From NCBI RefSeq assembly GCF_030028105.1, contig NC_092379.1:1847164-1911163 (forward strand): a stretch of DNA of 64,000 nucleotides. The letters run 5' to 3'. Shown piece by piece: positions 1 to 13,118 of this stretch; position 1 is the stretch's first letter; every line of letters starts with the position of its first letter. Position numbers and translations under genes: made by a program. The notes beneath the pieces were generated by a model, which saw only the letters and a program-made list of their open reading frames with translations, was not told the origin of the DNA and ran no database searches. Source of the stretch: Mobula birostris (Eukaryota).

Positions 1-32
1 CAAGAGAAAGCAACAGGCCAGAACCACGCAAC

Positions 33-47
33 ATGAAGCACCTTCTG
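33..47 (+). CDS. COX7A1: Cytochrome c oxidase subunit 7A (COX7A1-like), coding exon 1 (MKHLL)
   Basis: gcaacATG AAG CAC CTT CTG|gtaaaa: A at -3, phase-0 GT donor, joins in frame to the exon at 9139. A 15-nt first coding exon with an M-x-x-L-L start fits the COX7A family. Confidence 0.8.
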
Positions 48-299
48 GTAAAACTTCAGACTCACCGTTCCCTAACCCACGTCCTTTGAATCAAATTAGG
101 AAACTAACTTTTGTAAAAGTTTGCTAAACTTTTCCTAATATTAAATCCACCTTTGTGTGCAGATGTTTAGAAAAGCCTGCTTCTTGCATGACCTGACCTT
201 TACCTCAAAGACTCTTGTTGATTTGAGCTTTTTAACCTCAAGTGTAATTCTTTAAAAACTCAAATATTTTAACACAAACGTTCAGATATTTAAACACTT

Positions 300-480
300 T
301 CTCCGCCGGCGGTGAGTCCGCCCTCCGGCTGCATTGATTGGTCAATGTTCGGAGCTCCGCTGCTTGAGTGGCCACTGCTCGCGTCAATCATAGGTCCGTT
401 GACCTTGAGTGGGAGAATTGGCAAGAGTCGGGCACGGTGTTACGGACGGAGAGAACTAACATTGAAATACGAGTGAGAGA
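300..480. promoter_or_regulatory. CpG-rich regulatory element in COX7A intron 1 (GC box, inverted CCAAT boxes, ERRE)
   Basis: Local CpG cluster; CCGCCC at 318-323; ATTGG at 337-341 and 417-421; TGACCTTGA (reverse complement of the ERR element TCAAGGTCA) at 400-408. Confidence 0.55.
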
Positions 481-1069
481 GGCCTCAGTAAAGATCGGAA
501 CTGTAGAACTGAAATGAGGGCAAGATCAAGAGAACACAAGAACATGGCAGCAGCCGCAGGCCTCCTGACCCTGTCATTCAGTACGATCTTGCCGATCTAT
601 CCAAGGCCTTACCCCCTCCGTGGCGCAGGTTCCCTAAAACCCTCCTTTCCCCAATCTTTCGAAAATCTATCCCCTTCAGCCTTAAATTCTCCCCGTGATC
701 GGGATACGGATTTCTAGAGATTCATTCTGAACTGGCTGTTCAACCTTGAACGCCGCCCTTTTTGCACCAGATATTCATTTTAATTTTTATTCTGACTTTA
801 CAGTATTTCTTGTCTTGCAAAGTACCGCTGCCACAAAACAAACTTCACAACACAAATCAATGGTAATGAAGCCGATTCTCATTCTCGGCAAGGAGACATT
901 TCTGGGTACTTGAAGTTAAGACTGATTCTTTATCTTAAAAACTACATCTCCTTGCTTGCGATTCTCCTTCTGGCGAAAACATGGGCATCGATTTGTGGAA
1001 GTTGTCTGGGTTTCCATGAAATCTTAACATACAGGAGCAGAATTGTTCCATCTTCGCTCCATCTGCCGC

Positions 1070-1560
1070 AAGCGGAACTTCCCAGTGGCCAAGCATTTTA
1101 ATTTGATTCCTATCCCGTTCCGATGTGTCGGTCCATGGCCTCCTGTGCTAAAATGAGGCCATCCTCAGGGTGAAGGAGCAACACTTTATATTCCTCTGAG
1201 TAGCCTTCAACCTGATGGCATGAACATTGATTTCTCCTTCCAGTAAAAAAATCCGTCCCCCGGGTCCCCTCCTCGTTCCCTTTCTCCTATGGTCCACTCT
1301 CCTCTCTTATCAAATTCCTTGCTCTTCGGCCCTTTACCTTTCCTACCCACCTGGCTTCACCGCCAGCCATCCTCCTTTCCCTTTCCCCACCTTCTTATTT
1401 TGGCATCTTCCCAATTTTTCAGTCCCGAAGGGGGGTCTCAGCCCAAAACTTTGACTGTTTATTCATTTCCACAGACGCTGCGTGGGCTGCTGAGTTCCTC
1501 CAGAACTTTGTGTGTGTGTTTTTTTTTCTGGATTTCAAGCATCTGCAGAATCTGTGTCTA
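1070..1560 (+). mobile_element. Penelope-derived non-autonomous element, 3' portion
   Basis: Degenerate GIY-YIG C-terminal coding remnant (cctgatggcatgaacattgatttctc), pyrimidine-rich spacer, degenerate hammerhead at 1421-1457, family tail gctgagttcctccag...gcatctgcagaat. Confidence 0.7.
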
Positions 1561-2509
1561 AAAATTATTCAATTTGGCCAGAGTCCTCTACAAAATCATG
1601 AATTTTTTCGACTCTGCTCTCCTGCCTTCTTGCTGTGACCCGTAACTTCCTTACCAGTGAAAAATCTATCATGCTCTGCCTTGAATACATTGAGTAACTT
1701 GGCATCTATAGCCCTCTGTGGCAACAAATTCCACAGATTTCAGTACCCCCGGCTGAAGAAATATCTCCTTTCCTCAGTTTTAAAGGGATGTTCCTTCTGA
1801 GCTGCACCTTCAGATCCAGGACTAATAACGGAAACATCCTCTCCACATCCACTCGGTTTCTGTTCTGAATGTGCCTGGCAGGAATGTTTATCTGACTTTA
1901 AATAAGTTTCAACTTATCCGAACACAAAGAGGCTGATCAGAAATCACAGGATTATTTTGGAAACTGAGCAATTGAAAACTACAGCGTATTTGGGGCTCAG
2001 AACTAAAGTCAGAATCGGAATGAGAATCCAGTCTATTATATTATCTATTACATATGTCCTGAAATGTGTTGTTCTGCAGCAGCAGTGCGGTGCAATGCGT
2101 AAAATATCCTCAGTTACAAAAATAAATCAATAATGCGAAAGACAAAGCCTGACATACAGATCATGGGTTCATGGTCCGTTCAGAAATTTGATGGGAAGAA
2201 ACTGTTCTTGAAATATCGAGTGTGTGTGTTCAGGCTCCTGAACTTCCTACTCCCTATTGCACTCCTGGCCTCTTACTGCTTTTCCTCACCCGTCTATCAA
2301 CTCTCCCGGGTCCCCTCCTTCTTCCCTTTCTCCTATGGTCCACTCTCCTCTCCTATCAGATTCCTTCCTCTCCCTCTCCAGCCCTTGACCTTCCCCACCC
2401 ACCTGGCTTCACCTGTCACCTTCCAGCTACCCTCCTTTGCTTCCCCCTCCTTTTCATTCGGCCATCTTTCCCCTGCTGAAGAAGGGTCTCGACCCCAAGG
2501 CTCAACTGT

Positions 2510-3058
2510 GCTCGAACATTAATTTCTCTAGCTTCTGGTAATTTCTTCCCCCTCCCTCTTCTCAATTTTTCCATTCCCCATTCGACTGCCCTCTCGCCCT
2601 GTCCTTCTCCTCGCATGCCCATCACTTCTCTCTGGTGTCCCTCCTCCTTCCCTTCCTCCCATGGTCCACTCTCCTGTCAAATTCCTTCTTCTCCACCCTT
2701 TGCCTTTTCCACCCATCACCTCTCATCCTCCCTCCCCCCCCCCCCCGATCTGGCTTCACCTATCACCCCACCTTCCTCTCTCCCCAGCTTCTTATTTTGA
2801 GATCTTCCCCCTTCTTCTCCAGCCCTTTGCCTTTTCATCACCTCTCATCCTCCCCCCCCCCTCAATCTGGCTTCACCTATCACCCCACCTTCCTCTCTCC
2901 CCAGCTTCTTATTCTGATATCTTCCCCCTTCTTCTCCAGCTCTGATGAGGAGTCTCAGCCCAAAACATCATCCGTAGACGCTGCCTGACTTGCTGAGTTC
3001 ATGCAGCATTTTGTGTGTGCTGCTTTGCATTTCCAGCCTCTGCAGAATCTCTTGTGCT
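2510..3058 (+). mobile_element. Penelope-derived element 3' end with an internal ~125-bp tandem duplication
   Basis: Same family tail. The segment ...catcacctctcatcctccccc...tctggcttcacctatcaccccaccttcc... occurs twice (about 2695-2815 and 2825-2940). Confidence 0.7.
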
Positions 3059-4019
3059 TATATATTTTGATGCTTCCTTTTCTTGAAGATGTCCTCAGTG
3101 ACAGACGGTTGTGCCTGTGATGGAGCTAGCGGAGGCTACGACCCTTTCCTGTGCTTTCTTTTCTGTTTTGTATTTGCGGTGCGTTGCCTTTTGCACACCG
3201 GTTGGTTGCCCATCTTCGTTGAGTGTAGTTTCAGTGGTTCAATTTAATGTCGGAGAAATGTATACAATATACATCCTGAAAATGCTTTTCCTTCGCAAAA
3301 CATTCACGAAAACAGAGGAGTGCCCCAAAGAATGAATGACACTTAAAATGTGAGCACCCCAAAGCCCCCCCCCCCGGCTCCCCCCTCCCACGTGTAAGCG
3401 GTGGCGAGCAACAATCCCCTCTCCCCCCACCGGCAAGAATAAAAAGCGTACCCGCTACCGTTCACAAGCGTGAGCCAAGCGATAGCAAAGACACAGACCT
3501 GGCAGTTACCCCAAAGACTATCGCAATTCATCCGGCATTCGGCAACCCACAGGTTCTCCCTCTGCCTGGCGAGGGAGGGGAAGGTGTCCCCCATTTTCAC
3601 AACGAGCGGGGCGATGTTAGAATGTCCATTTCATTGCTTTTCACGACGGAGCTACTGTGTTCCTTTGCATTTACTGTGTATGTCTGCAAGAGAATGAATC
3701 TCGGGGTGGTATATGGTGGCATATGTGGACTTTGATAATAATTTGACTTTGAACTTTGAACTATACTACTGCACATTGGCAGTTGAGCAAAACGGACAAA
3801 AATAATAAAGGTTAAAATAAGAAATCAGGAGAAAAGTAAAATAATAAATCTACAGAGCAACAGTTTAACTGTACTGGACGTTATTTCCCAGGGAGAAGGG
3901 CGACCTTGCTCACCACTCATGTGGTGCTGGCAGGCTTGGTCTGTGCTCATTGATACTTTTACATTAGCTTTCTTTTGCCAGGTCACACACTGTCCTGACT
4001 TTCGAGCCCCCTGCTCTCT

Positions 4020-4400
4020 GTGTGGAGTGGTGGGACGGAGATACGTCCCTACCACAGGAAGTGGCTGATGCTCCTTCCTTCCACTAGCCTGCAAGTCACC
4101 CTTCAGCAAGGCGGAGCCCCACCCCAACCATCAGGGTCATGTGAACCCATGGGGGCAGGTGGTGGATGGTCGTATGAGCAGCCAGTGCAGATCACAAGTC
4201 CTGGTTATGTGACCACTGACACCAGGCAGACAGTCTCTGAAGAGTATTGATAATGGCTGGGGTCACCCGTCTTGTAAAGACACTGCCCAGAAGGTGGCAA
4301 TGGCAAACCACTTCTGTAGAAACATTTGTTAAGAACAATCATGGCCATGGACAGACTATGATTGCCCACATCATACGGAATATCATAATGCTGATGATGA
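4020..4400 (+). mobile_element. RTE-related SINE
   Basis: Contains cagaaggtggcaatggcaaaccacttctgtag, resembling the RTE/Bov-A-type motif gagaaggcaatggcaaaccactccag, and ends in a (TGA)n tail. A second partial copy lies at about 35995-36155. Confidence 0.6.
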
Positions 4401-5302
4401 CTCTCTGAATTACACAGAATTGGTTGACATTCCCAACAAAGAAGGCATTTACAGCAAAGTTGAATACTTTTGCAATTTAGGTGTTAAATTGCAGAGAATT
4501 TGGCTGCAGGGGGAGCAATATCACTTCTGAGAGTTCCCAGAATTTCCATTTTTTATTTCATATTTCCAGCATCGGAAGTTGTATGCTTTGATAAGTGCAA
4601 TCAGAATTTAATCTGGAAATATTTGGAATATAATCAGGGAATACTGGGAATTTAATCTATCCACATGGGTAGATATTACCCTTGCACCAACCATGGCTTT
4701 TGAGTTCCTGTGTCACTGACACTGTGCTGTTTAACGTCAAAGTTCTCTGATTACAATTATAAATGGACAGAGCTGACCTTTGTTCTGCAGTTTGTTGTTT
4801 GAGTAAGCAGGAAGTAAGGAAAGGAAAAACAAATTAAAACTGGGCTAAGAAGCAGGGACTGGCAGGAAGGCTAACGGTCACTTGATGCAGGGTATGACTA
4901 GGACGGTGCAAGGCTCTGAGGCCAATCTGGGCCAGTTCGCGATAGGAGGGCACAGAGATTCTGCTACTTGGGTTTGATTCTGACCACCGTGTCAACAGAG
5001 TGGAGTTTCCACATTCTCCCTGTGACCGCATTTCTCCCAAATGAATTCACTTGTGTACTGGTGGGAAACTGTGTGACCTCGGCTGTAATGAGGACCTGGC
5101 CTCAACCTGTTTGCAGCTGTCCAGGAGAGAGGTGACGGAGGTGGTGTGGCGTGGTGTCCAGGCTTGTGTCGATGCTGCCCTCTAGTATTTGCTCAGCGGA
5201 AGACAAGCTGTGTTGTGTTCAACTGCAGACTGCTGCAATATTCATGAAGTCAGGGACTTGGACAATATATTTTTTAGTGTGACTGTATTTAACTGATATC
5301 TT

Positions 5303-5490
5303 ATGAGGGGTAAGATCATAAGTTGGTGGCCTAAGGTAAAAGGAGTCAATTTTAGAAAACCTAGCACATTTATTTTTCAACATAGTCCCCTCCTATAGTT
5401 ACACACTTAGTCCAGCGGTCGTGGAGCATACGGGTCTTGGACTTCCATAAAGTGTCCACAGCATGGGCGATTGATAAGTTTGTGGCCTAT
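5303..5490. mobile_element. mariner-type MITE remnant
   Basis: TA-anchored gaggggt...ataagtt(g/t)gtggccta terminus, repeated internally (gattgataagtttgtggccta). Confidence 0.5.
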
Positions 5491-5904
5491 ATACATATGG
5501 TATATGTGCCTTGTAGTGTACGATATTTTGGCACCTTGGCCCTGAAGTAACACTGTTTGGCTGTATTCATGGGTATTCATGTATGCTTGAATGACAATTA
5601 AACTTGAACTTAACTTGAATTTAACTTGAATGCTCCCATCAGCCAAAGATGCATTACTAATCACGTCGAATTAGTGTCACATGCGCTGCAGTGAGGTAGA
5701 GGTGCAATGAAAAACTTACTTGGTGCAGCGTCAGGGAGACGAAGGTTCAGACACCACAGAGAATATAACTTATACTAGATGGTGAAGAGAAAAAAGATGA
5801 TGTAAATCAAGACAATTGTGCAAAAAAAGCACAATCAGTTACAAGCTCATGGTAGTGCAATCAGTGGTCCATAGTGTTCTGTTGCTAAGGTAGGGTTGTG
5901 GTTG

Positions 5905-6625
5905 TGCAGGTCAGTTCATTTTGGGAGGTCAAATTTGAAGTCAGAATATAGTATTAAAGGTAAGACTCTTGGCAGTGTGGAAGATCTGAGAGATCTTGAG
6001 GTCCATGTCCATATGTTCAGAAGGCATAAGGTGTGTTGGCATTCATCAACTGTGGGATTGAGTTTAAGAGCTGAGAGGTAATGTTTCAGCTATATGAGAT
6101 CCTGGTCAGACCTCACTTGGAGTACTGTGTTCAGTTCTGCCCACCTCACTACAGGAAGGATGTGGATACTATAGAGAGAGTGCAGAGGAGATATACAAAA
6201 ATGTTGCCTTATGAAAATAGGTTGAGTGAACTTGGCCTTTTCTCCTCGGAGTGACGGAGGATGAGAGGTGACCTTATAGAGCTGTTAAGATGATGAGAGG
6301 TATTGATTGTGTGGATAGTCAGAGGCTTTTTCCCAGGGCTGAAATGGCTAACACAAAGGAGCGTAGTTTTAAGGTGCTTGGAAGTAGGTACAGAGGGGAT
6401 GCCAGGAGTAAGTTTTTCACACAGAGGGTGGTAGGTGTGTGGAATACACTGCCAACAAGGTGGTAGAGGTGGATACAATAGGGTCCTTAGATAGCTAAAT
6501 GGAGCTTAGAAAAATAGAGGGCTATGTGGTAGGGAAATTCTAGACAGTTTCTAGAGTAGGTTACATGGTTAGCTCAAAATTGTGGGCTGAAGGGCCTGTA
6601 ATGTGCTGTAGATTTCTCTGTTCAT
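5905..6625 (+). mobile_element. CR1 LINE 3' fragment
   Basis: Degenerate CR1 ORF2 C-terminus ([23 protein letters not shown]) followed by the CR1 3' UTR. Confidence 0.85.
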
Positions 6626-8689
6626 TTGAAGAACCTGACAGTTTTAGGGAAGTAATTGTACCTGAAGTTGGTGTGGGACTTCAGACTCCTGGACCTCCTG
6701 TCTGATAGTAGCATTGAGAAGAGGGTATGACCCAGACGGTGGGGATCCTTAGTGATAGATTCCACCTTCATTAAGCAGCGCCTCCTGTAGATGCTGTCAT
6801 TTGTGGGGAGGCCTGTGCCCGTGGTGGACCTTGAGTTACGTACCGCAGGTTAGTTGGCTACCGTTACTTACCCCTAGTGGAGATGGACATTTGGAGAATT
6901 TTGGATGTATGAGAGGGAATAGTTGCAGGGAATAAGAGGAGAAATAGATTGATGGGATTGCTCCGAGAGACGGCATAGAATTGATAGACAGAATGGCATC
7001 CTATGCAGGACAGGAATGTGAGAAGAGTTTGAAGTGTGACAGTTCAGTGTATCATTGGGTGTGGACTTATCTTGAGGATTGGGCAGGAGAATGGTGACAG
7101 GTTGGTCCTGGGCAAGGCCTGGCAGTTCAGATCGGGGTCAGGAATGGCGGAGAACTGGCTAAGACAGGAAAGCTGTGTCAGGCCTAGACTCGAGATACCA
7201 ACAGTGACATTGAAGGAGTAGATTCTGAGCTGTTGAAGAGTCTAGGTGCTGCCTGTAGACCTCCCTTATTTACCCCAGTGACACTGCCCAACTCAACTAT
7301 GGCCCAGTTTCACTGATCTCCAGAGATGGCTGTTCCATCATTTCACAACCCACCACCTTCCACATCCTCTCACCCTCCACACTCCTGAACTCAGCCTAAT
7401 CTGCAGCATATCCTGTTCACCCATAACCCTTTAAGGGATAGAGCTTAGAGGACTGAACGCAGGAAAGTGCAGCTAGCTGGTTGAGAACTGTGGTCGATAT
7501 GGACTTAAAGAACATAGAACACTGCAGCACAATACAGGCCCTTCAGCCCACAATGTTGTGCCAACATTTTAATCTCTCTAAGATGAATTTAACCCTTCCC
7601 TCCTACAGAGCCCTCCATTTTTCTATCATCCATGTGTCTAAGTCTCTTAAGTGTTCCTAAAGCATCTGCCTCCAGCACCACCCCGGCAGTGAGTTCCATG
7701 CACCTTCCACTTTCTGTGTAAAAAGCCTACCGCTGACTACCCCCTGTACTTTCCTCCAATCACCTTAAGGTTATGCCCCCTCGTGTGAGCCATTCTCTCC
7801 CTGAGGAAGGGTCGCTGGCCGTCTACTGGACGTTGGGCAAAAGGGCTCGTATCTCTGCATTTTGCTCTGCGGCTCTAGGAATCCCATGCTTTCTTTGAGA
7901 TGAGTAGTTTTAATATTCTCATCCTGTTTTTTGAAGACCCCTCCATGACCTCATAAATTCCACCCCCTCGCCTCCATCTCAGGAGCTTGCTCCACCCCTG
8001 TACTTCTCCCACGTACCGGCACCTCTCCAATTCTGGGCTTTTGCACCTTCTCATTTGGATTGTATAGTGATAATCCCTTCAGGTTCCCTTCACAATCATG
8101 CCCCTCTCTCTCCCTCTCCCATTCTGTTCATACAGATCACATCATTGCACAGCACAATGAGGTCACAACCACAGGGAAAGTGCCATGCAGGTAATCAACA
8201 ATCTTTACGAGGCAGATTGTGACGTCACGAGTCCATCTCATGCAAGAGCTCTGTTAACAGTGGGATAAATGTACTTTCTGCCTGATGGGAGAGTGGAGGA
8301 GAGAGAATGCCTAGGTTGAGCAGTGTCTCTGAGTATATAGAACATAGAACATTACACACAGTACAAGCCCTTCGGCCCACGATGTTGTGCTGACCCTTTA
8401 AACCATTCCTAGACCAATCCAACCCATCTCTCCTACATAGCCTCCAAATTTCTATCAAGTTTCTCAAACGTCCCTTACGTTATGCTGATATGAGGAGAAA
8501 GTTAGGGCAAGCTGCTGAATTGGATGATCAGCTGTGATCAGGTAGAATGGCAGACCAGAGTTGAGGGTCTGAAATGGTCCACTCCTGTTTATAATACCTC
8601 ATTGTTAACTCAGTGGGGTGGGGATTAGGATTACAGATTGGCTCTTTTCTCTCTCTCTCTCTGTCCTTATATAATTTGCATTTATTACT

Positions 8690-8965
8690 CAGAGATACAC
8701 TGCGGAACAGCCCCTTTCGGCGCTTCAAGGCACGTCAACCAGCAACCCTCGATTTAACCCTAACCTAATCACGGGACAATTTACAATGACCAATCCACCT
8801 CATAACGGGTATGTCTTTGGAGTGGGGAGGGAAACCAGAATACCCAGAGGAAACCCACGCACCTTTCACAGGGAGAACGTACAAACTCCTTACAGATGAT
8901 GCTGGAATTGAACTCTGAACTCTGAACTCTGATACCCTGAGCTGTAATAGTGCTACACTCACCAC
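8690..8965 (-). mobile_element. tRNA-derived V-SINE (HE1-like)
   Basis: Minus strand carries the V-domain core gtgggtttcctctgggtattctggtttccctccccactccaaagac. Further copies at about 16030-16200, 20895-21175, 26130-26275, 36865-37128 and 44160-44285. Confidence 0.75.
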
Positions 8966-9138
8966 CTCGCTGCTGTGTGCTCTCTTTCCCTATGTGTCCA
9001 CATGCAAGTTTATCATTATACCTACAGCTCACCCTGGCCGCATTGTGCTCAGTATAAGCTCAACTGCAGAGACTACTAGGACCCAGGTTCCCCCGGTGTC
9101 CGTGTCTCTTACAGCTCGTGCCTCTGTTCTCCCCACAG

Positions 9139-9228
9139 ACACTGCACCGCCTGGCATCTCGGTCCTTCTCTACCTCAGTCCGAGACCAGCTGAGGAACAA
9201 AGTCTTGGAGAATCAGAAAATCTTTCAG
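9139..9228 (+). CDS. COX7A1: COX7A coding exon 2 (TLHRLASRSFSTSVRDQLRNKVLENQKIFQ)
   Basis: ctctgttctccccacag acceptor and CAG|gtatca donor; 90 nt, phase 0/0; mitochondrial presequence plus the NKV.E.QK.FQ motif of COX7A. Confidence 0.93.
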
Positions 9229-10199
9229 GTATCAGCCACGTGATTCAACATTTTCTCTCACATGAACTGCGGGGCCCGAGTTATTAATCACTGTGAACAA
9301 AAGGGAAGCGTGGATTGTTTTAATCATTTCTGGTGATTTTTTTTCTTTTGTTGGCAGTGTTGTTCTTGGGTTCTTGTTGCTCTTGGAATGCACTAGCTTC
9401 AGGTCGAAGGATGCCTCAACCGATTCCTGGACCCAACTCGCAAGCCCCCTCTGTCTGGTGATCCTTTAGCATTCTGTAGGTGCATTAGGGGTTTAAAGTA
9501 CCCCTTCCAAAAACGGGCAGGAGGAAATGAGTGTGCAGACCCGGGCTTGCCTAGCGTCACCTCAGCTGGTTGTGTTTGCAGGGTGCTGAAGGGAAGATCC
9601 ACTGTTACCCGAGGAAGCAGGAGGGACAGAGTATGGGAATGCCCTCCAAGCTGTCCAATAGAGCCATAGGGTTACATAGGGAAGTACAGCACAGAAACTG
9701 GCCCTTTGGGCCATCTAGTCCATGCTGAACAATTTAAAGTAGGATAACTGCACCCCTTGGTTTGATTGAGAATGCCCTGAGGTCCAGTGTATTATTGAGG
9801 ACTGGGTGGGCAGGGCGGTAGCCAGTAATGCAGTGGCTTCTGAGACCTTCCACTGGTGGATGCCCACTGTGACCTCTGGACCAGAGTCCTTTGAGGAAGG
9901 TGGGAGCACAAAGTTGAGGTGCAGACCCCATAACAATTGGCCAGTGTTGTCTCCTCTACTGAGGCCCAGAAATTATTGGAACAGGAAAGATTTGCAAGAC
10001 TGTTTGGTGCTGAATTAGCATATGATAGAGGCAATATGGTAACTGACCTTACCTGTCCTAGTGAGGTCATTAATTCCTTCTACAACATCACAGAGGAATA
10101 CTTAATGGTAGGCACTTCCTTTCTGCACTCTATTTCCTTTGGTTCCATCTGGGATTGTGGCACTGCTTTCAATCAGTAGGTCATACAGCAGGTCACCAG

Positions 10200-11355
10200 T
10201 AGAGCAATAGGCACTGCTCTACACACCATTCTTACACATCTGGAGAAGAGGGATGCTTATGTGAGAATGCTGTTCTTGGACTACAGTTCAGCATTCAACA
10301 CCATAGTTCCATCCAGGCTCGACAAGAAACTCAGAGCCCTCGGCCTTGACCCTGCCTTGTGCAGCTGGATCCTGGACTTCCTGTCAGATTACCAGCAGGT
10401 GGTAAGAGTGGGCTCCCTCACCTCTGCCCCTCTGATTTTCAACACAGGAGCCCCTCAGGGCTGTGTACTAAATCCCCTCCTTTATTCTCTGTATACCCAC
10501 GACTGTGTCGCCACCCACAGCTCTAATCTGCTAATTAAATTTGCCAAAGACACTACATTGACTGGTCTTATCTGAAACAATAACAAGGTGGTTTATAGGG
10601 AAGAAGTCATCTCCCTGACACAGTGGTGTCAAGAAAACAACCTCTCCCTCAATGTTACAAAGACAAAGGAGCTGGTTGTGGATTACAGGAGAAATGGAAA
10701 CGAACTAATCCCTATTGACTTCAATGGATCTGGGGTTGAGAGAGTAAACAGTTTTAAATTCCTCGGCATCCACATCACCGAGGACCTCACGTGGTCCATA
10801 CACACCTGCTGTGTGGTGAAAAACACACAACAGTGCCTCTTTCACCTCAAACGGATGAGGAAGTTTGGTATGGGCCCCCAAATCCTAAGGGCTTTCTGCA
10901 GGTGCACAATTGAGAGCATCCTGACTGGCTGCATCACTGCCTGGTATGGGAACTGCAGAGAGTGGTGTGGACAGCCCAGCGCATCTGTAGTTGTGAACTT
11001 CCCATGATTCAGGACATTTACAAGGACAGATGTGTAAAAAGGGCCTGAAGGATCATTGGGGACCCAAGTCACCCCAACCACAAACTGTTCCAGCTGCTAC
11101 CATCCGGGAAATGGTACTGCAGCAAAAAAAGCAAGGACCAAGAGGGTCCAGGACAGCTTCTTCCACCAGGCCTTCAGAGTGATGAACTCACACTGATTTG
11201 AGTGTATTTCTATGTTACATTGGCTGTTCTATTTATTATCAATTATTATAAATTACTATGATTGCATGTTGCACGTTTAGACAGAGACGTAACAATAAGA
11301 TTTTTACTCCTCGTGTATGTGAAGGATGTAAGAAATAAAGTCAATTCAATTCAAT
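10200..11355 (+). mobile_element. 5'-truncated Rex1/Babar-type LINE (decayed RT)
   Basis: ORFs 10261-10575 and 10588-11007 encode RMLFLDYSSAFNTI, GAPQGCVL and KFAKD (catalytic FADD mutated), with stops and frameshifts. 3' AATAAA plus (CAATT)n tail. Confidence 0.9.
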
Positions 11356-12044
11356 GTTTGAAATCTTTTGCTGGAACTTTGTGCACATACAGTAATTTTA
11401 ATTGTCACTTGAGTGAAGTCCAGCTTCATCAGAGGCACCACCTTTTTGATCCTATAGTAAGTCAAGACACCTGGGTTTGCAAAAAAGGGTCCATTGAAGA
11501 GAAGAGTTCTTCCCCGTGCAGTAAGCAATCTGCTGGAGGAACTCAGTGGGTTGAGCAGCAAAGGAATTGTCGATATTGCAGGTCAAAACCCTGCGTCAGA
11601 ATTGAGAGGGGGATAGGAGTGGGCCAGACAGGGGGAGTCAGAGTGTGGACTGAGGAGGGGTGCAGGGTGAGGCACCAAGTGTAGAAGCGGAGGGGGGGAT
11701 GGGGCTGGGAGACAGAGGCAGATGGGCGATAAATGGAGGCAGACAGAGAGAGAGAAAAACCAAGAGACCGCTGGAGCGAGGTATGGAGAAGGGAGGCTGA
11801 AGGTTGGAGATAGTTGCTGGAGGAGGAGAAGCAGGAACACAAAGGGCAAAGACTCTGATAGGAAAGGGAGCTGAGAATGGAATCACCAGAGCAAAGGTCA
11901 GTGGTAGATAGGAGGATGGGTCTGTTATTTTCTGCTCACTGATTGACACCTCACAGTCCTCCCGCTAAAGTTAGGTTATCAAGGTATCATCATCTTTTGT
12001 TGTTAATGCAAATGATGCATTTCTCTGTACAATCGGCAGTCCCT

Positions 12045-13118
12045 TACAGGAATGTACCTAATAAAGTGGCCACAGGAGTAGAAATTGGTGTGACCTTCTG
12101 CTGCGGTAGCCATCCTCTTCAAGGTTGGACGTGTTGTGTGTTCAGAGATGCTCTTCCACACACTACTGTTGTAGCACCTGGCTGTTTGGATTACTGTCGT
12201 CTCCCTGTCAGCTTGAACCAGTCTGGCCATTCTCCTCTGACCTCTCTCATCAACAAGGCATTTTCACCCACAGAACTGCCGCTCACTGGATGTGTTTTTT
12301 TTTGTTTTCTCACCATTCTCGGTAAACTGTAGAGACTGTTGTGCATGAAAATCCCAGGACATCAAACCACCCCATCTGGCACCAACAATTATTTCACAAG
12401 TCTTGTGAACAGTTCTGGTCACCGAATTATAGGAAAGATGTCAACAAAATAGAGTACAGAGAAGATTTACTAGAATGTTACCTGGCTTTCATCTCCTAAG
12501 TTACAGAGAAAGGTTGAGCAAGTTGGGTCTTTATTCTTTGGAACGTAGAAGGTTGAGGGGGGACTTGATAGAGGTATTTAAAATTATGAGGGGAATAGAT
12601 AGAGTTGATGTGGATAGGCTTTTTCTATTGAGAGTGGGGGAGATTCAAACAAGAGGACATGAGTTGAGAGTTAAAGGGCAAAAGTTTAGGGGTAACATGA
12701 GGGGGAACTTCTTTACTCAGAGTGGTAGCTGTGTGGAACGAGCTTCCAGCAGAAGTGGTTGAGGCAGGTTTGATGTTGTCATTTAAAGTTAAATTGGATA
12801 GCTATATGGACAGGAAAGGAATGGAGGGTTATGGACTGAGTGCAGGTCGGTGGGACTAGGTGAGAGTAAGCGTTCAGCATGGACTAGAAGGGCCGAGATG
12901 GCCTGTTTCCATGCTGTAATTGTTATATGGTTATGTGGTTATAAGTCAAAGCCACTTAGATCACATTTCTTCCCCATTCTGATATTTGGTCTGAACAGCA
13001 AGTGAACCTCGTGACCATGTCTGCATGCTTCTATGCATTGAGTTGCTGCCTCATGATTGGCTGATTGGATACTTGCATTATTGAGCAGGTGTACCTAATG
13101 TAGTGGCCACTGAGTGTA
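12045..13118 (-). mobile_element. Tc1-type transposon remnant interrupted by a CR1 insertion
   Basis: Minus ORF 12003-12230 (MARLVQADR...SISEHTT..TLKRM) is a Tc1 HTH fragment. Terminus ggtgtacctaat..agtggccactgagtgTA at 13088-13118; the same terminus recurs at about 46432-46461. Confidence 0.8.
12402..12942 (+). mobile_element. Young CR1 LINE 3' fragment nested in the Tc1 remnant
   Basis: ORF 12475-12762 (LSYRERLSKLGLYSLERRRLRGDLIEVFKIMRG) and a (ggttat)n tail. Confidence 0.9.

Noticed and set aside
8185-8190. ATGCAG|gtaatc as COX7A first coding exon
   Set aside because: It lies in a repeat remnant; MKHLL at 33-47 fits the family much better.
9937-10179. ORF ASVVSSTEAQKLLEQERFARLFGAELAYDRGN
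   Set aside because: Inside COX7A intron 2, no convincing acceptor, no recognisable homology.
10261-11007. RT ORFs as an active LINE or a host gene
   Set aside because: 5'-truncated, catalytic motif mutated, premature stop and frameshifts.
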